DNA from: Octopus sinensis
Lineage: Eukaryota
DNA length: 64,000 bases
Direction of reading: 5' to 3'
NCBI RefSeq assembly: GCF_006345805.1
Contig: NC_042998.1
Span: forward strand, 197,160,001-197,224,000
Numbering within the stretch: position 1 is the first letter of the stretch; the number at the start of each line of letters is the position of its first letter. Positions 24,601 to 38,700 of the stretch are shown here, piece by piece. The notes below the pieces were generated by a model that had not been told where the DNA came from, ran no database searches, and saw only the letters and a program-made list of their open reading frames with translations. Position numbers and translations under genes: made by a program.

Positions 24601-27600
24601 TGTCTAAAAATTGTGTCTAAATATTGTGTCTAAAATATTGTGTCTAAAATATTGTCTAAATATTGTCTAAATATTGTCTAAATATTGTGTCTGAATATTG
24701 TCTAAAATTTGTGTCTAAATATTGTCTAAATATTGTGTCTAAAAATATTGTCTAAAATTATTGTCTAAATATTGTCTAAAATATTGTCTAAATATTGTCT
24801 AAATATGTGTCTAAAATATTGTGTCTAATATTGTGTCTAAATATTGTCTAAAATATTATGTCTAAATATTGTCTAAATATTGTCTAAATATTGTCTAAAA
24901 ATATTGTCTAAATATTGTGTCTAAAAATATTGTCTAAATATTGTGTCCAAATATTGTCTAAAATATTGTGTCTAAATATTGTGAAAATATATTGTTGTAA
25001 ATATTGTCTAAAATATTGTCTAAATATTGTCTAAAATATTGTCTAAAAATATTGTCTAAATATTGTCTAAAATATTGTGTCTAAAATATTGTCTAAAATA
25101 TTGTCTAAATATTGTGTCTAAATATTGTCTAAATATTGTCTAAAATATTATGTCTAAATATTGTCTAAAATATTGTCTAATATTGTCTAAATATTGTGTC
25201 TAAATATTGTCTAAAATATTATGTCTAAATATTGTCTAAATATTGTCTAAATATTGTCTAAATATTGTTCTAAAAATATTGTCTAAATATTGTGTCCAAA
25301 TATTGTCTAAAATATTGTCTAAAATATTGTGATGAAAAATATTGTCTAAATATTGTCTAAATATTGTGTCTAAATATTGTCTAAAATATATTGTCTAAAA
25401 ATATTGGCTAAATGTCTAAAATATTGTGTCTAAAATATTGTCTAAAACTATTGTGTCTAAATATTGTCTAAATATTGTCTAAAATATTATGTCTAAATAT
25501 TGTCTAAATATTGTCTAAATGTTGTGTCTAAAAATATTGTCTAAATATTGTGTCCAAATATTGTCTAAAATATTGTGTCTAAATTGTGAAATAATTGTCT
25601 AAATATTGTCTAAAATATTGTGTCTAAATATTGTGTCAAAATATTGTAAAATATTGTCTAAAATATTGTCTAATATTGTCTAAATATTGTCTGAATATTG
25701 TCTAAAATATTGTGTCTAAATATTGTCTAAATATTGTGTCTAAAAATATTGTCTAAAATTATTGTCTAAATATTGTCTAAAATATTGTCTAAATATTGTC
25801 TAAATATTGTGTCTAAAAATTGTGTCTAAATATTGTGTCTAAATATTGTCTAAAATATTATGTCTAAATATTGTCTAAATATTGTCTAAATATTGTCTAA
25901 AAAATATTGTCTAAATATTGTGTCCAAATATTGTCTAAAATATTGTCTAAATATTGTGAAAATATATTGTCTAAATATTGTCTAAAATATTGTGTCTAAA
26001 TATTGTCTAAAATATTGTCTAAAACTATTGTCTAAATATTGTCTAAAATATTGTCTAAATATTGTCTAAAATATTGTCTAAATATTGTCTAAATATTGTC
26101 TAAATATTATGTCTAAATATTGTCTAAATATTGTCTAAATATTGTCTAAATATTGTCTAAATTATTGTCTAAATATTGTGTCTAAAAATATTGTCTAAAT
26201 ATTCTGTCCAAATATTGTCTAAAATATTGTGTCTAAATATTGTGAAAATATATTGTCTAAATATTGTCTAAATATTGTGTCTAAATATTGTCTAAAATAT
26301 TGTCTAAAAATTGTCTAAAATATTGTCTAAATATTGTCTAAATATTGTCTAAAATATTGTGTCTAATATTGTGTATAAAATATTGTGTCTAAAATATGTC
26401 TAAATATTGTGTCTAAATATTGTGTCTAAATATTGTCTAAATATTGTCTAAATATTTGTGTCTAAAATATTGTCTAAAATTATTGTCTAAATATTGTCTA
26501 AAAATATTGTCTAAATATTGTGTCCAAATATTGTCTAAAATATTGTGTCTAAATATTGTGAAAATATATTGTCTAAAAATATTGTCTAAATATTGTCTAA
26601 AATATTGTGTCTAAATATTGTCTAAAATATTGTCTAAAAATATTGTCTAAATATTGTCTAAAATATTGTGTCTAAAATATTGTGTCTAAAATATTGTCTA
26701 AATATTGTGTCTAAATATTGTCTAAAATATTGTGTCTAAATATTGTCTAAAATATTGTCTAAAATATTGTGTCTAAATATTGTCTAAATATTGTCTAAAA
26801 TATTATGTCTAAATATTGTCTAAATATTGTCTAAATATTGTCTAAATATTGTCTAAAAATATTGTCTAAATATTGTGTCAAAAATATTGTCTAAATATTG
26901 TGTCCAAATATTGTCTAAATATTGTGTCTAAATATTGTGAAAATATATTGTCTAAATATTGTCTAAAATATTGTGTCTAAATATTGTGTCTAAAATATTG
27001 TGTCTAAATATTGTCTAAAATATTGTCTAAATATTGTCTAAATATTGTGTCTAATATTGTCTAAAATTTGTGTCTAAATATTGTCTAAATATTGTGTCTA
27101 AAATATTGTCTAAAATATTGTCTAAATATTGTCTAAAATATTTGTCTAAATATTGTCTAATATTGTGTCTAAAATATTGTGTCTAAATATTGTGTCTAAA
27201 TATTGTCTAAAATATTATGTCTAAATATTGTCTAAATATTGTCTAAATATTGTCTAAATATTGTCTAAAAATTTGTCTAAATATTGTGTCTAAAATATTG
27301 TCTAAATATTGTGTCCAATATTTTTCTAAAATATTGTGTCTAAATATTGTGAAAATATATTGTGTAAATATTGTCTAAAATATTGTGTCTAAATATTGTC
27401 TAAAATTTGTCTAAAAATATGTCTAAATATTGTCTAAAATATTGTGTCTAAAATATTGTCTAAAATATTGTCTAAAATATTTGTCTAAATATTGTCTAAA
27501 TATTGTCTAAAATATTATGTCTAAAATTTCTATGATCTATATAAATATTGTCTAAATATTGTCTAAATATTGTCTAAATATTGTCTAAAATATTGTCTAA

Positions 27601-29493
27601 AATATTGTGCTAAATATTGTCTAAAATATGGTCTAAAAATATTGTCTTAAATATTGTCTAAAATATTGTGTCTAAAATATTGTCTAAAATATTGTGTCTA
27701 AATATGTCTAAAATTGTCTAAAATATTCTAAAAATATTGTCTAAAATTTGTCTAAATGTTGTGTCTGAAAATATTGTCTAAATATTGTGTCCAAATATTG
27801 TCTAAATATTGTGTCTAAATATTGTGAAAATATATGTCTAAATATTGTCTAAAATATTGTGTCTAAATATTGTGTCTATATTGTCTAAAATAAAAAAGTG
27901 TCTAAATATTGTCTAAATATTTGGTCTGAATATTGTCTAAAATATTGTGTCTAAATATTGTCTAAATATTGTGTCTAAAAATATTGTCTAAATATTGTCT
28001 AAATATTGTCTAAAATATTGTCTAAATATTGTCTAAATATTGTGTCTAAAAATATTGTGTATAAATATTGTGTCTAAATATTGTCTAAATATTATGTCTA
28101 AATATTGTCTAAATATTGTCTAAATATTGTCTAAAAATATTGTCTAAATATTGTGTCCAAATATTGTCTAAATATTGTTCTAAATATTGTCTAAAAATAT
28201 TGTTGTGTCTAAATTTGTCTAAAATATTGTCTAAAATATTGTCTAAAATATTGTCTAAAAATGTCTAAATATTGTCTAAAATATTATGTCTAAATATTGT
28301 CTAAATATTGTCTAAAATTTGTCTAAATATTGTGTCTAAAATATTGTCTAAATGTGTGTTGTGTCTATTGTCTAAATATTGTGTCAAATATTGTCTAAAT
28401 TATTGTCTAAATATTGTCTGAAATATTGTCTAAAAAGAATATTAAAATTGTCTAAATATTGTCTAAAATATTGTCTAAAAATATTGTCTAAATATGTCTA
28501 AAAATATGTCTAAAATATTAAAAATATGTGTCTAAATATTGTCTAAATATTGTCTAAATAATATGTCTAAATATTGTGTCTAATATTTGTGTTTCTAAAT
28601 ATGTGTCTCTAATATTGTGTCTAAAATATTTCTAAATGTAAATATGGTCTAAAATATGTCTAAATATTGTCTAAATATTGTGTCTAAATATTGTCTAAAA
28701 TTGTCTAAATAATTTGTCTAAATTGTCTATATTGTCTAAAATATTGTCTGTCCAAATATTGTCTAAAAATATTGTGTAAATATTGTGAAAATATTGTCTA
28801 AAATATTGTCTAAATATTGTGTAAAATATGTGTCTAATATTGTCTAAAATCTAAATTGTGTCTAAAATATTGTCTAAATATTTTATTGTTGTCTAAATAT
28901 GTGTCTAAAATATTGTGTCTAAATATTGTGTCTAAATATTGTCTAAATATTGTCTAAATATTGTGTCAAAATATTGTGTCTAAATATTGTCTAAATATTG
29001 TTCTAAATATGTCTAAATATTGTCTAAAATATTTGTCTAAATATTGTCTAAAAATATTGTGTGTAAAATATTGTCTAAATATTGTCTAAAAATATTGTCT
29101 AAAATATATGTCTAAATATTGTCTAAATATTGTCTAAATATTGTCTAAATATTGTCTAAAATATTGTCTAAATATTGTGTCTAAAATATTGTCTAAATAT
29201 TGTGTCAAATATTGTCTAAAATATTGTGTTTAAAATATTGTCTAAAATATTGTCTAAAATATTGTTCTAAATATTTTGTCTAAATATTGTGAAATTTTAA
29301 AAATATTGTCTAAAAATATTTTCTAAATATCTAAATTAATATATTCTAAATTTGTCAAAAATAGTCTGTGTAAAAATATGTGTCAAATTGTCAAAAATAT
29401 TGTCATAAAATATTGTCTATATATATCTATAAATATTGTCTAAAATATTGTCTAAATATTTCTAAATATTGTCTAAAATATTAAATATTTAAA

Positions 29494-29715
29494 TTTTTTT
29501 CTTTCTGTACTTGTTTCAGTCATTTGACTGCGGCCATGCTGGGCGCACCGCCTGAGAGCGTGAAAGAGTGAAATACAGCAGGGATCACCACCATCCCCTG
29601 CCGGAGCCTCGTGGAGCTTTTAGGTGTTTTCGCTCAATAACACACACACGCCCGGTCTGGGATCGAAACCCGATCCTCCGACCGCAAGTCCGCTGCCCTA
29701 ACCACTGGGCCATTG
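29494..29715 (-). mobile_element. Second, indel-rich copy of the same chimeric SINE with the same downstream flank
   Basis: Offset of 8060 bp. Followed by the same tctaaatattgtctaaatattgtctaaataCtgtc... flank. Confidence 0.9.
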
Positions 29716-32700
29716 TCTAAATATTGTCTAAATATTGTCTAAATACTGTCTAAATATTGTCTAAAAATATTGTCTAAATATTGTGTCTAAAAATATTGTC
29801 TAAATATTGTCTAAAATATTGTGTCTAAACTATTGTGTCTAAATATTGTGTCTAAAAATATTGTCTAAAATATTGTCTAAAATATTGTGTCTAAAAATAT
29901 TGTCTAAATATTGTCTAAAATATTGTCTAAAATATTGTGTCTAAAATATTGTGTCTAAATATTGTCTAAATATTGTGTCTAAAAATATTGTCTAAATATT
30001 GTCTAAAATATTGTGTCTAAAATATTGTGTCTAAAAATATTGTCTAAATATTGTCTAAATTTGTGTCTAAATATTGTGTCTAAATATTGTCTAAATTATT
30101 GTGTCTAAAAATATTGTCTAAAATATGGTGTCTAAAAATATTGTCTAAAATATTGTCTAAAATATTGTCTAAATATTGTCTAAATATTGTCTAAAATATT
30201 GTCTAAATATTGTCTAAATATTGTGTCTAAAAATATTGTCTAAATATTGTGTCCAATATTGTCTAAATATTGTGTCTAAATATTGTGAAAATATTGTCTA
30301 AAAATATTGTCTAAATATTGTGTCTAAATATTGTCTAAAATATTGTCTAAAAATATTGTCTAAATATTGTGTCTAAAATATTGTGTCTAAAATATTGTCT
30401 AAATATTGTCTAAATATTGTGTCTAAATATTGTCTAAAATATTGTGTCTAAATATTGTGTCTAAAATATTGTGTCTAAAATATTGTCTAAATATTGTCTA
30501 AATATTGTGTCTAAATACTGTCTAAAATATTGTGTCTAAATATTGTCTAAATATTGTGTCTAAAAATATTGTCTAAAATTATGGTCTAAATATTGTCTAA
30601 AATATCGTCTAATATTGTCTAAATATTGTGTCTAAAAATATTGTGTCTATATATTGTGTCTAAATATTGTGTCTAAATATTGTCTAAAATATTATGTCTA
30701 AATATTGTCTAAATATTGTCTAAATATTGTCTAAAAATATTGTCTAAATATTGTGTCTAAAAATATTGTCTAAATATTGTGTCCAAATATTGTCTAAAAT
30801 ATTGTGTCTAAATATTGTGAAAATATATTGTGTAAATATTGTCTAAAATATTGTGTCTAAATATTGTCTAAAATATTGTCTAAAAATATTGTCTAAATAT
30901 TGTCTAAAATATTGTGTCTAAAATATTGTCTAAAATATTATGTCTAAATATTGTCTAAAAATATTGTCTAAATATTGTCTAAATATTGTGTCTAAAAATA
31001 TTGTGTCTAAATATTGTGTCTAAATATTGTGTCTAAATATTGTGTCTAAATATTGTCTAAAATATTATGTCTAAATATTGTCTAAATATTGTCTAAATAT
31101 TGTCTAAAAATATTGTCTAAATATTGTCTAAAAATATTGTCTAAATATTGTGTCCAAATATTGTCTAAAATATTGTCTAAATATTGTGAAAATATATTGT
31201 CTAATATTGTCTAAAATATTGTGTCTAAATATTGTCTAAAATATTGTCTAAAAATATTGTCTAAAATTGTGTCTAAATATTGTCTAAAATATTGTCTAAA
31301 ATATTGTGTCTAATATTGTCTAAATATTGTCTAAAATATTATGTCTAAATATTGTCTAAATATTGTCTAAATATTGTCTAAAAATATTGTCTAAATATTG
31401 TGTCTAAAAATATTGTCTAAATATTGTGTCCAAATATTGTCTAAAATATTGTGTCTAAATATTGTGAAATATATTGTCTAAATATTCTAAAATATTGTGT
31501 CTAAATATTGTGTCTAAAATATTGTGTCTAAAATATTGTCTAAAATATTGTCTAAATATTGTCTAAATATTGTCTAAAAATATTGTCTAAATATTGTGTC
31601 TAAAAATATTGTCTAAATATTGTGTCCAAATATTGTCGAAAATATTGTGTCTAAATATTGTCTAAATATTGTCTAAATATTGTGTCTAAATATTGTCTAA
31701 AATATTGTCTAAATATTGTCTAAATATTGTGTCTAAAAATATTGTCTAAAATTATTGTCTAAATATTGTCTAAAAATATTGTCTAAATATTGTGTCTAAA
31801 AATATTGTGTCTAAATATTGTGTCTAAATATTGTGTCTAAATATTGTCTAAAATATTATGTCTAAATATTGTCTAAATATTGTCTAAATATTGTGTCTAA
31901 AAATATTGTCTAAATATTGTGTCCAAATATTGTCTAAAATGTGTCTAAATATTGTGAAAATATATTGTGTAAATATTGTCTAAAATATTGTGTCTAAATA
32001 TTGTCTAAAATATTGTCTAAAAATATTGTCTAAATATTGTCTAAAATATTGTGTCTAAAATATTGTCTAAAATATTGTCTAAAATATTGTGTCTAAATAT
32101 TGTCTAAATATTGTCTAAAATATTATGTCTAAATATTGTCTAAAAATATTGTCTAAATATTGTCTAAATATTGTGTCTAAAAATATTGTGTCTAAATATT
32201 GTGTCTAAATATTGTCTAAAATATTATGTCTAAATATTGTCTAAATATTGTCTAAAAATATTGTCTAAAAATATTGTCTAAATATTGTGTCCAAATATTG
32301 TCTAAAATATTGTCTAAATATTGTGAAAAATATTGTCTAAATATTGTCTAAATATTGTGTCTAAATATTGTCTAAAATATTGTCTAAAAATATTGTCTAA
32401 ATATTGTCTAAAATATTGTGTCTAAAATATTGTCTAAAATATTGTCTAAAATATTGTGTCTAAATATTGTCTAAATATTGTCTAAAATATTTTGTCTAAA
32501 TATTGTCTAAATATTGTCTAAATATTGTCTAAATATTGTCTAAATATTGTCTAAAAATATTGTCTAAATATTGTGTCTAAAAATATTGTCTAAATATTGT
32601 GTCCAAATATTGTCTAAAATATTGTGTCTAAATATTGTGAAAATATATTGTCTAAATATTGTCTAAAATATTGTGTCTAAATATTGTGTCTAAAATATTG

Positions 32701-35700
32701 TGTCTAAAATATTGTCTAAAATATTGTCTAAATATTGTCTAAATATTGTGTCTGAATATTGTCTAAAATATTGTGTCTAAATATTGTCTAAATATTGTGT
32801 CTAAAAATATTGTCTAAAAGTATTGTCTAAATATTGTCTAAAAATATTGTCTAAATATTGTGTCTAAAAATATTGTGTCTAAATATTGTGTCTAAATATT
32901 GTCTAAAATATTATGTTAATATTGTCTAAAAGTATTGTCTAAATATTGTCTAAAAATATTGTCTAAATATTGTGTCTAAAAATATTGTCTAAATATTGTG
33001 TCCAAATATTGTCTAAAATATTGTGTCTAAATATTGTGAAAATATATTGTGTAAATATTGTCTAAAATATTGTCTAAATATTGTCTAAAATATTGTCTAA
33101 AAATATTGTCTAAATATTGTCTAAAATATTGTGTCTAAAATATTGTCTAAAATATTGTCTAAAATATTGTGTCTAAATATTGTCTAAATATTGTCTAAAA
33201 TATTATGTCTAAATATTGTCTAAAAATATTGTCTAAATATTGTCTAAATATTGTGTCTAAATATTGTCTAAAATATTATGTCTAAATATTGTCTAAATAT
33301 TGTCTAAAAATATTGTCTAAATATTGTGTCTAAAAATATTGTCTAAATATTGTGTCCAAATATTGTCTAAAATATTGTCTAAATATTGTGAAAATATATT
33401 GTCTAAATATTGTCTAAAATATTGTGTCTAAATATTGTCTAAAATATTGTCTAAAAATATTGTCTAAATGTCTAAAATATTGTGTCTAAAATATTGTCTA
33501 AAATATTGTGTCTAAATATTGTCTAAATATTGTCTAAAATATTATGTCTAAATATTGTCTAAATATTGTCTAAATGTTGTGTCTAAAAATATTGTCTAAA
33601 TATTGTGTCCAAATATTGTCTAAAATATTGTGTCTAAATATTGTGAAAATATATTGTCTAAATATTGTCTAAAATATTGTGTCTAAATATTGTGTCTAAA
33701 ATATTGTCTAAAATATTGTCTAAATATTGTCTAAATATTGTGTCTGAATATTGTCTAAAATATTGTGTCTAAATATTGTCTAAATATTGTGTCTAAAAAT
33801 ATTGTCTAAAATTATTGTCTAAATATTGTCTAAAAATATTGTCTAAATATTGTCTAAATATTGTGTCTAAAAATATTGTGTCTAAATATTGTGTCTAAAT
33901 ATTGTCTAAAATATTATGTCTAAATATTGTCTAAATATTGTCTAAATATTGTCTAAAAATATTGTCTAAATATTGTGTCCAAATATTGTCTAAAATATTG
34001 TCTAAATATTGTGAAAATATATTGTCTAAATATTGTCTAAAATATTGTGTCTAAATATTGTCTAAAATATTGTCTAAAACTATTGTCTAAATATTGTCTA
34101 AAATATTGTCTAAAATATTGTCTAAAATATTGTCTAAATATTGTCTAAATATTGTCTAAAATATTATGTCTAAATATTGTCTAAATATTGTCTAAATATT
34201 GTCTAAATATTGTCTAAAATTATTGTCTAAATATTGTGTCTAAAAATATTGTCTAAATATTCTGTCCAAATATTGTCTAAAATATTGTGTCTAAATATTG
34301 TGAAAATATATTGTCTAAATATTGTCTAAAATATTGTGTCTAAATATTGTCTAAAATATTGTCTAAAAATATTGTCTAAATATTGTCTAAAATATTGTCT
34401 AAAATATTGTCTAAATATTGTCTAAATATTGTCTAAATATTGTCTAAAATATTGTGTCTAAATATTGTGTATAAAATATTGTGTCTAAAATATTGTCTAA
34501 ATATTGTGTCTAAATATTGTGTCTAAATATTGTCTAAATATTGTCTAAATATTGTGTCTAAAATATTGTCTAAAATTATTGTCTAAATATTGTCTAAAAA
34601 TATTGTCTAAATATTGTGTCCAAATATTGTCTAAAATATTGTCTAAATATTGTGAAAATATATTGTCTAAAAATATTGTCTAAATATTGTCTAAAATATT
34701 GTGTCTAAATATTGTCTAAAATATTGTCTAAAAATATTGTCTAAATATTGTCTAAAATATTGTGTCTAAAATATTGTGTCTAAAATATTGTCTAAATATT
34801 GTCTAAATATTGTGTCTAAATATTGTCTAAAATATTGTGTCTAAATATTGTCTAAAATATTGTCTAAAATATTGTGTCTAAATATTGTCTAAATATTGTC
34901 TAAAATATTATGTCTAAATATTGTCTAAATATTGTCTAAATATTGTCTAAATATTGTCTAAAAATATTGTCTAAATATTGTGTCTAAAAATATTGTCTAA
35001 ATATTGTGTCCAAATATTGTCTAAAATATTGTGTCTAAATATTGTGAAAATATATTGTCTAAATATTGTCTAAAATATTGTGTCTAAATATTGTGTCTAA
35101 AATATTGTGTCTAAAATATTGTCTAAAATATTGTCTAAATATTGTCTAAATATTGTGTCTGAATATTGTGTCTAAATATTGTCTAAATATTGTGTCTAAA
35201 AATATTGTCTAAAATATTGTCTAAATATTGTCTAAAATATTGTCTAAATATTGTCTAAATATTGTGTCTAAAATATTGTGTCTAAATATTGTGTCTAAAT
35301 ATTGTCTAAAATATTATGTCTAAATATTGTCTAAATATTGTCTAAATATTGTCTAAAATATTGTCTAAATATTGTGTCTAAAATATTGTCTAAATATTGT
35401 GTCCAAATATTGTCTAAAATATTGTGTCTAAATATTGTGAAAATATATTGTGTAAATATTGTCTAAAATATTGTGTCTAAATATTGTCTAAAATATTGTC
35501 TAAAAATATTGTCTAAATATTGTCTAAAATATTGTGTCTAAAATATTGTCTAAAATATTGTCTAAAATATTGTGTCTAAATATTGTCTAAATATTGTCTA
35601 AAATATTATGTCTAAATATTGTCTAAAAATATTGTCTAAATATTGTCTAAATATTGTGTCTAAATATTGTCTAAAATATTGTGTCTAAATATTGTCTAAA

Positions 35701-38700
35701 ATATTGTCTAAAAATATTGTCTAAATATTGTCTAAAATATTGTGTCTAAAATATTGTCTAAAATATTGTGTCTAAATATTGTCTAAATATTGTCTAAAAT
35801 ATTATGTCTAAATATTGTCTAAATATTGTCTAAATGTTGTGTCTGAAAATATTGTCTAAATATTGTGTCCAAATATTGTCTAAAATATTGTGTCTAAATA
35901 TTGTGAAAATATATTGTCTAAATATTGTCTAAAATATTGTGTCTAAATATTGTGTCTAAAATATTGTCTAAAATATTGTCTAAATATTGTCTAAATATTG
36001 TGTCTGAATATTGTCTAAAATATTGTGTCTAAATATTGTCTAAATATTGTGTCTAAAAATATTGTCTAAAATTATTGTCTAAATATTGTCTAAAAATATT
36101 GTCTAAATATTGTCTAAATATTGTGTCTAAAAATATTGTGTATAAATATTGTGTCTAAATATTGTCTAAAATATTATGTCTAAATATTGTCTAAATATTG
36201 TCTAAATATTGTCTAAAAATATTGTCTAAATATTGTGTCCAAATATTGTCTAAAATATTGTCTAAAATATTGTCTAAAAATATTGTCTAAATATTGTCTA
36301 AAATATTGTCTAAAATATTGTCTAAAATATTGTCTAAAATATTGTCTAAATATTGTCTAAAATATTATGTCTAAATATTGTCTAAATATTGTCTAAAAAT
36401 ATTGTCTAAAATATTGTCTAAAAATATTGTCTAAATATTGTGTCCAAATATTGTCTAAATATTGTGTCTAAATATTGTGAAAATATATTGTCTAAATATT
36501 GTCTAAAATATTGTGTCTAAATATTGTCTAAAATATTGTCTAAAAATATTGTCTAAATATTGTCTAAAATATTGTCTAAATATTGTCTAAATATTGTCTA
36601 AAATATTGTGTCTAAAATATTGTGTCTAAAATATTGTCTAAATATTGTGTCTAAATATTGTCTAAATATTGTCTAAATATTGTCTAAATATTGTGTCTAA
36701 AATATTGTCTAAAATTATTGTCTAAATATTGTCTAAAAATATTGTCTAAATATTGTGTCCAAATATTGTCTAAAATATTGTGTCTAAATATTGTGAAAAT
36801 ATATTGTCTAAAAATATTGTCTAAATATTGTCTAAAATATTGTGTCTAAATATTGTCTAAAATATTGTCTAAAAATATTGTCTAAATATTGTCTAAAATA
36901 TTGTGTCTAAAATATTGTGTCTAAAATATTGTCTAAATATTGTCTAAATATTGTGTCTAAATATTGTCTAAAATATTGTGTCTAAATATTGTCTAAAATA
37001 TTGTCTAAATATTGTCTAAATATTGTCTAAAAATATTGTGTCTAAAAATATTGTCTAAATATTGTGTCTAAATATTGTCTAAAATATTATGTCTAAATAT
37101 TGTCTAAATATTGTCTAAATATTGTCTAAATATTGTCTAAAAATATTGTCTAAATATTGTCTAAAAATATTGTCTAAATATTGTGTCCAAATATTGTCTA
37201 AAATATTGTCTAAATATTGTGAAAATATATTGTCTAAATATTGTCTAAAATATTGTGTCTAAATATTGTCTAAAATATTGTCTAAAAATATTGTCTAAAT
37301 ATTGTCTAAAATATTGTCTAAAAATATTGTCTAAATATTGTCTAAAATATTGTCTAAAATATTGTCTAAAATATTGTCTAAATATTGTCTAAATATTGTC
37401 TAAAATATTATGTCTAAATATTGTCTAAATATTGTCTAAATATTGTCTAAAAATATTGTCTAAATATTGTGTCTAAAAATATTGTCTAAATATTGTGTCC
37501 AAATATTGTCTAAAATATTGTGTCTAAATATTGTGAAAATATATTGTCTAAATATTGTCTAAAATATTGTGTCTAAATATTGTCTAAAATATTGTCTAAA
37601 AATATTGTCTAAATATTGTCTAAAATATTGTCTAAAATATTGTCTAAATATTGTCTAAATATTGTCTAAATATTGTCTAAAATATTGTGTCTAAATATTG
37701 TGTCTAAAATATTGTGTCTAAAATATTGTCTAAATATTGTGTCTAAATATTGTGTCTAAATATTGTCTAAATATTGTCTAAATATTGTGTCTAAAATATT
37801 GTCTAAAATTATTGTCTAAATATTGTCTAAAAATATTGTCTAAATATTGTGTCCAAATATTGTCTAAAATATTGTGTCTAAATATTGTGAAAATATATTG
37901 TCTAAAAATATTGTCTAAATATTGTCTAAAATATTGTGTCTAAATATTGTCTAAAATATTGTCTAAAAATATGTCTAAATATTGTCTAAAATATTGTGTC
38001 TAAAATATTGTCTCTAAATATTGTTGTCTAAATATGTCTAAATATTCTGTCTAAATATTGTCTAAAATATTGTGTCTAAATATTGTGTCTAAAATATTGT
38101 CTAAATATTGTCTAAATATTGTCTAAAATATTGTGTCTAAAAATATTCTGTCTAAATATTGTGTCTAAATATTGTCTAAATATTATGTCTAAATATTGTC
38201 TAAATATTGTCTAAATATTGTCTAAAAATATTGTCTAATATTGTGTCTAAAATATTGTCGAAATATTGTGTCCAAATATTGTCTAAAATATTGTCTAAAT
38301 ATTGTGAAATATATTGTCTAAATATTGTCTAAATATTGTCTAAATATTGTGTCTAAAAATATTGTCTAAATATTGTGTCCAAATATTGTCTAAATATTGT
38401 GTCTAAATATTGTGAAAATATATTGTCTAAATATTGTCTAAAATATTGTGTCTAAATATTGTGTCTAAAATATTGTGTCTAAAATATTGTCTAAAATATT
38501 GTCTAAATATTGTCTAAATATTGTGTCTGAATATTGTCTAAAATATTGTGTCTAAATATTGTCTAAATATTGTGTCTAAAAATATTGTCTAAAATTATTG
38601 TCTAAATATTTTCTAAAAATATTGTCTAAATATTGTCTAAATATTGTGTCTAAAAATATTGTGTCTAAATATTGTGTCTAAATATTGTCTAAAATATTAT

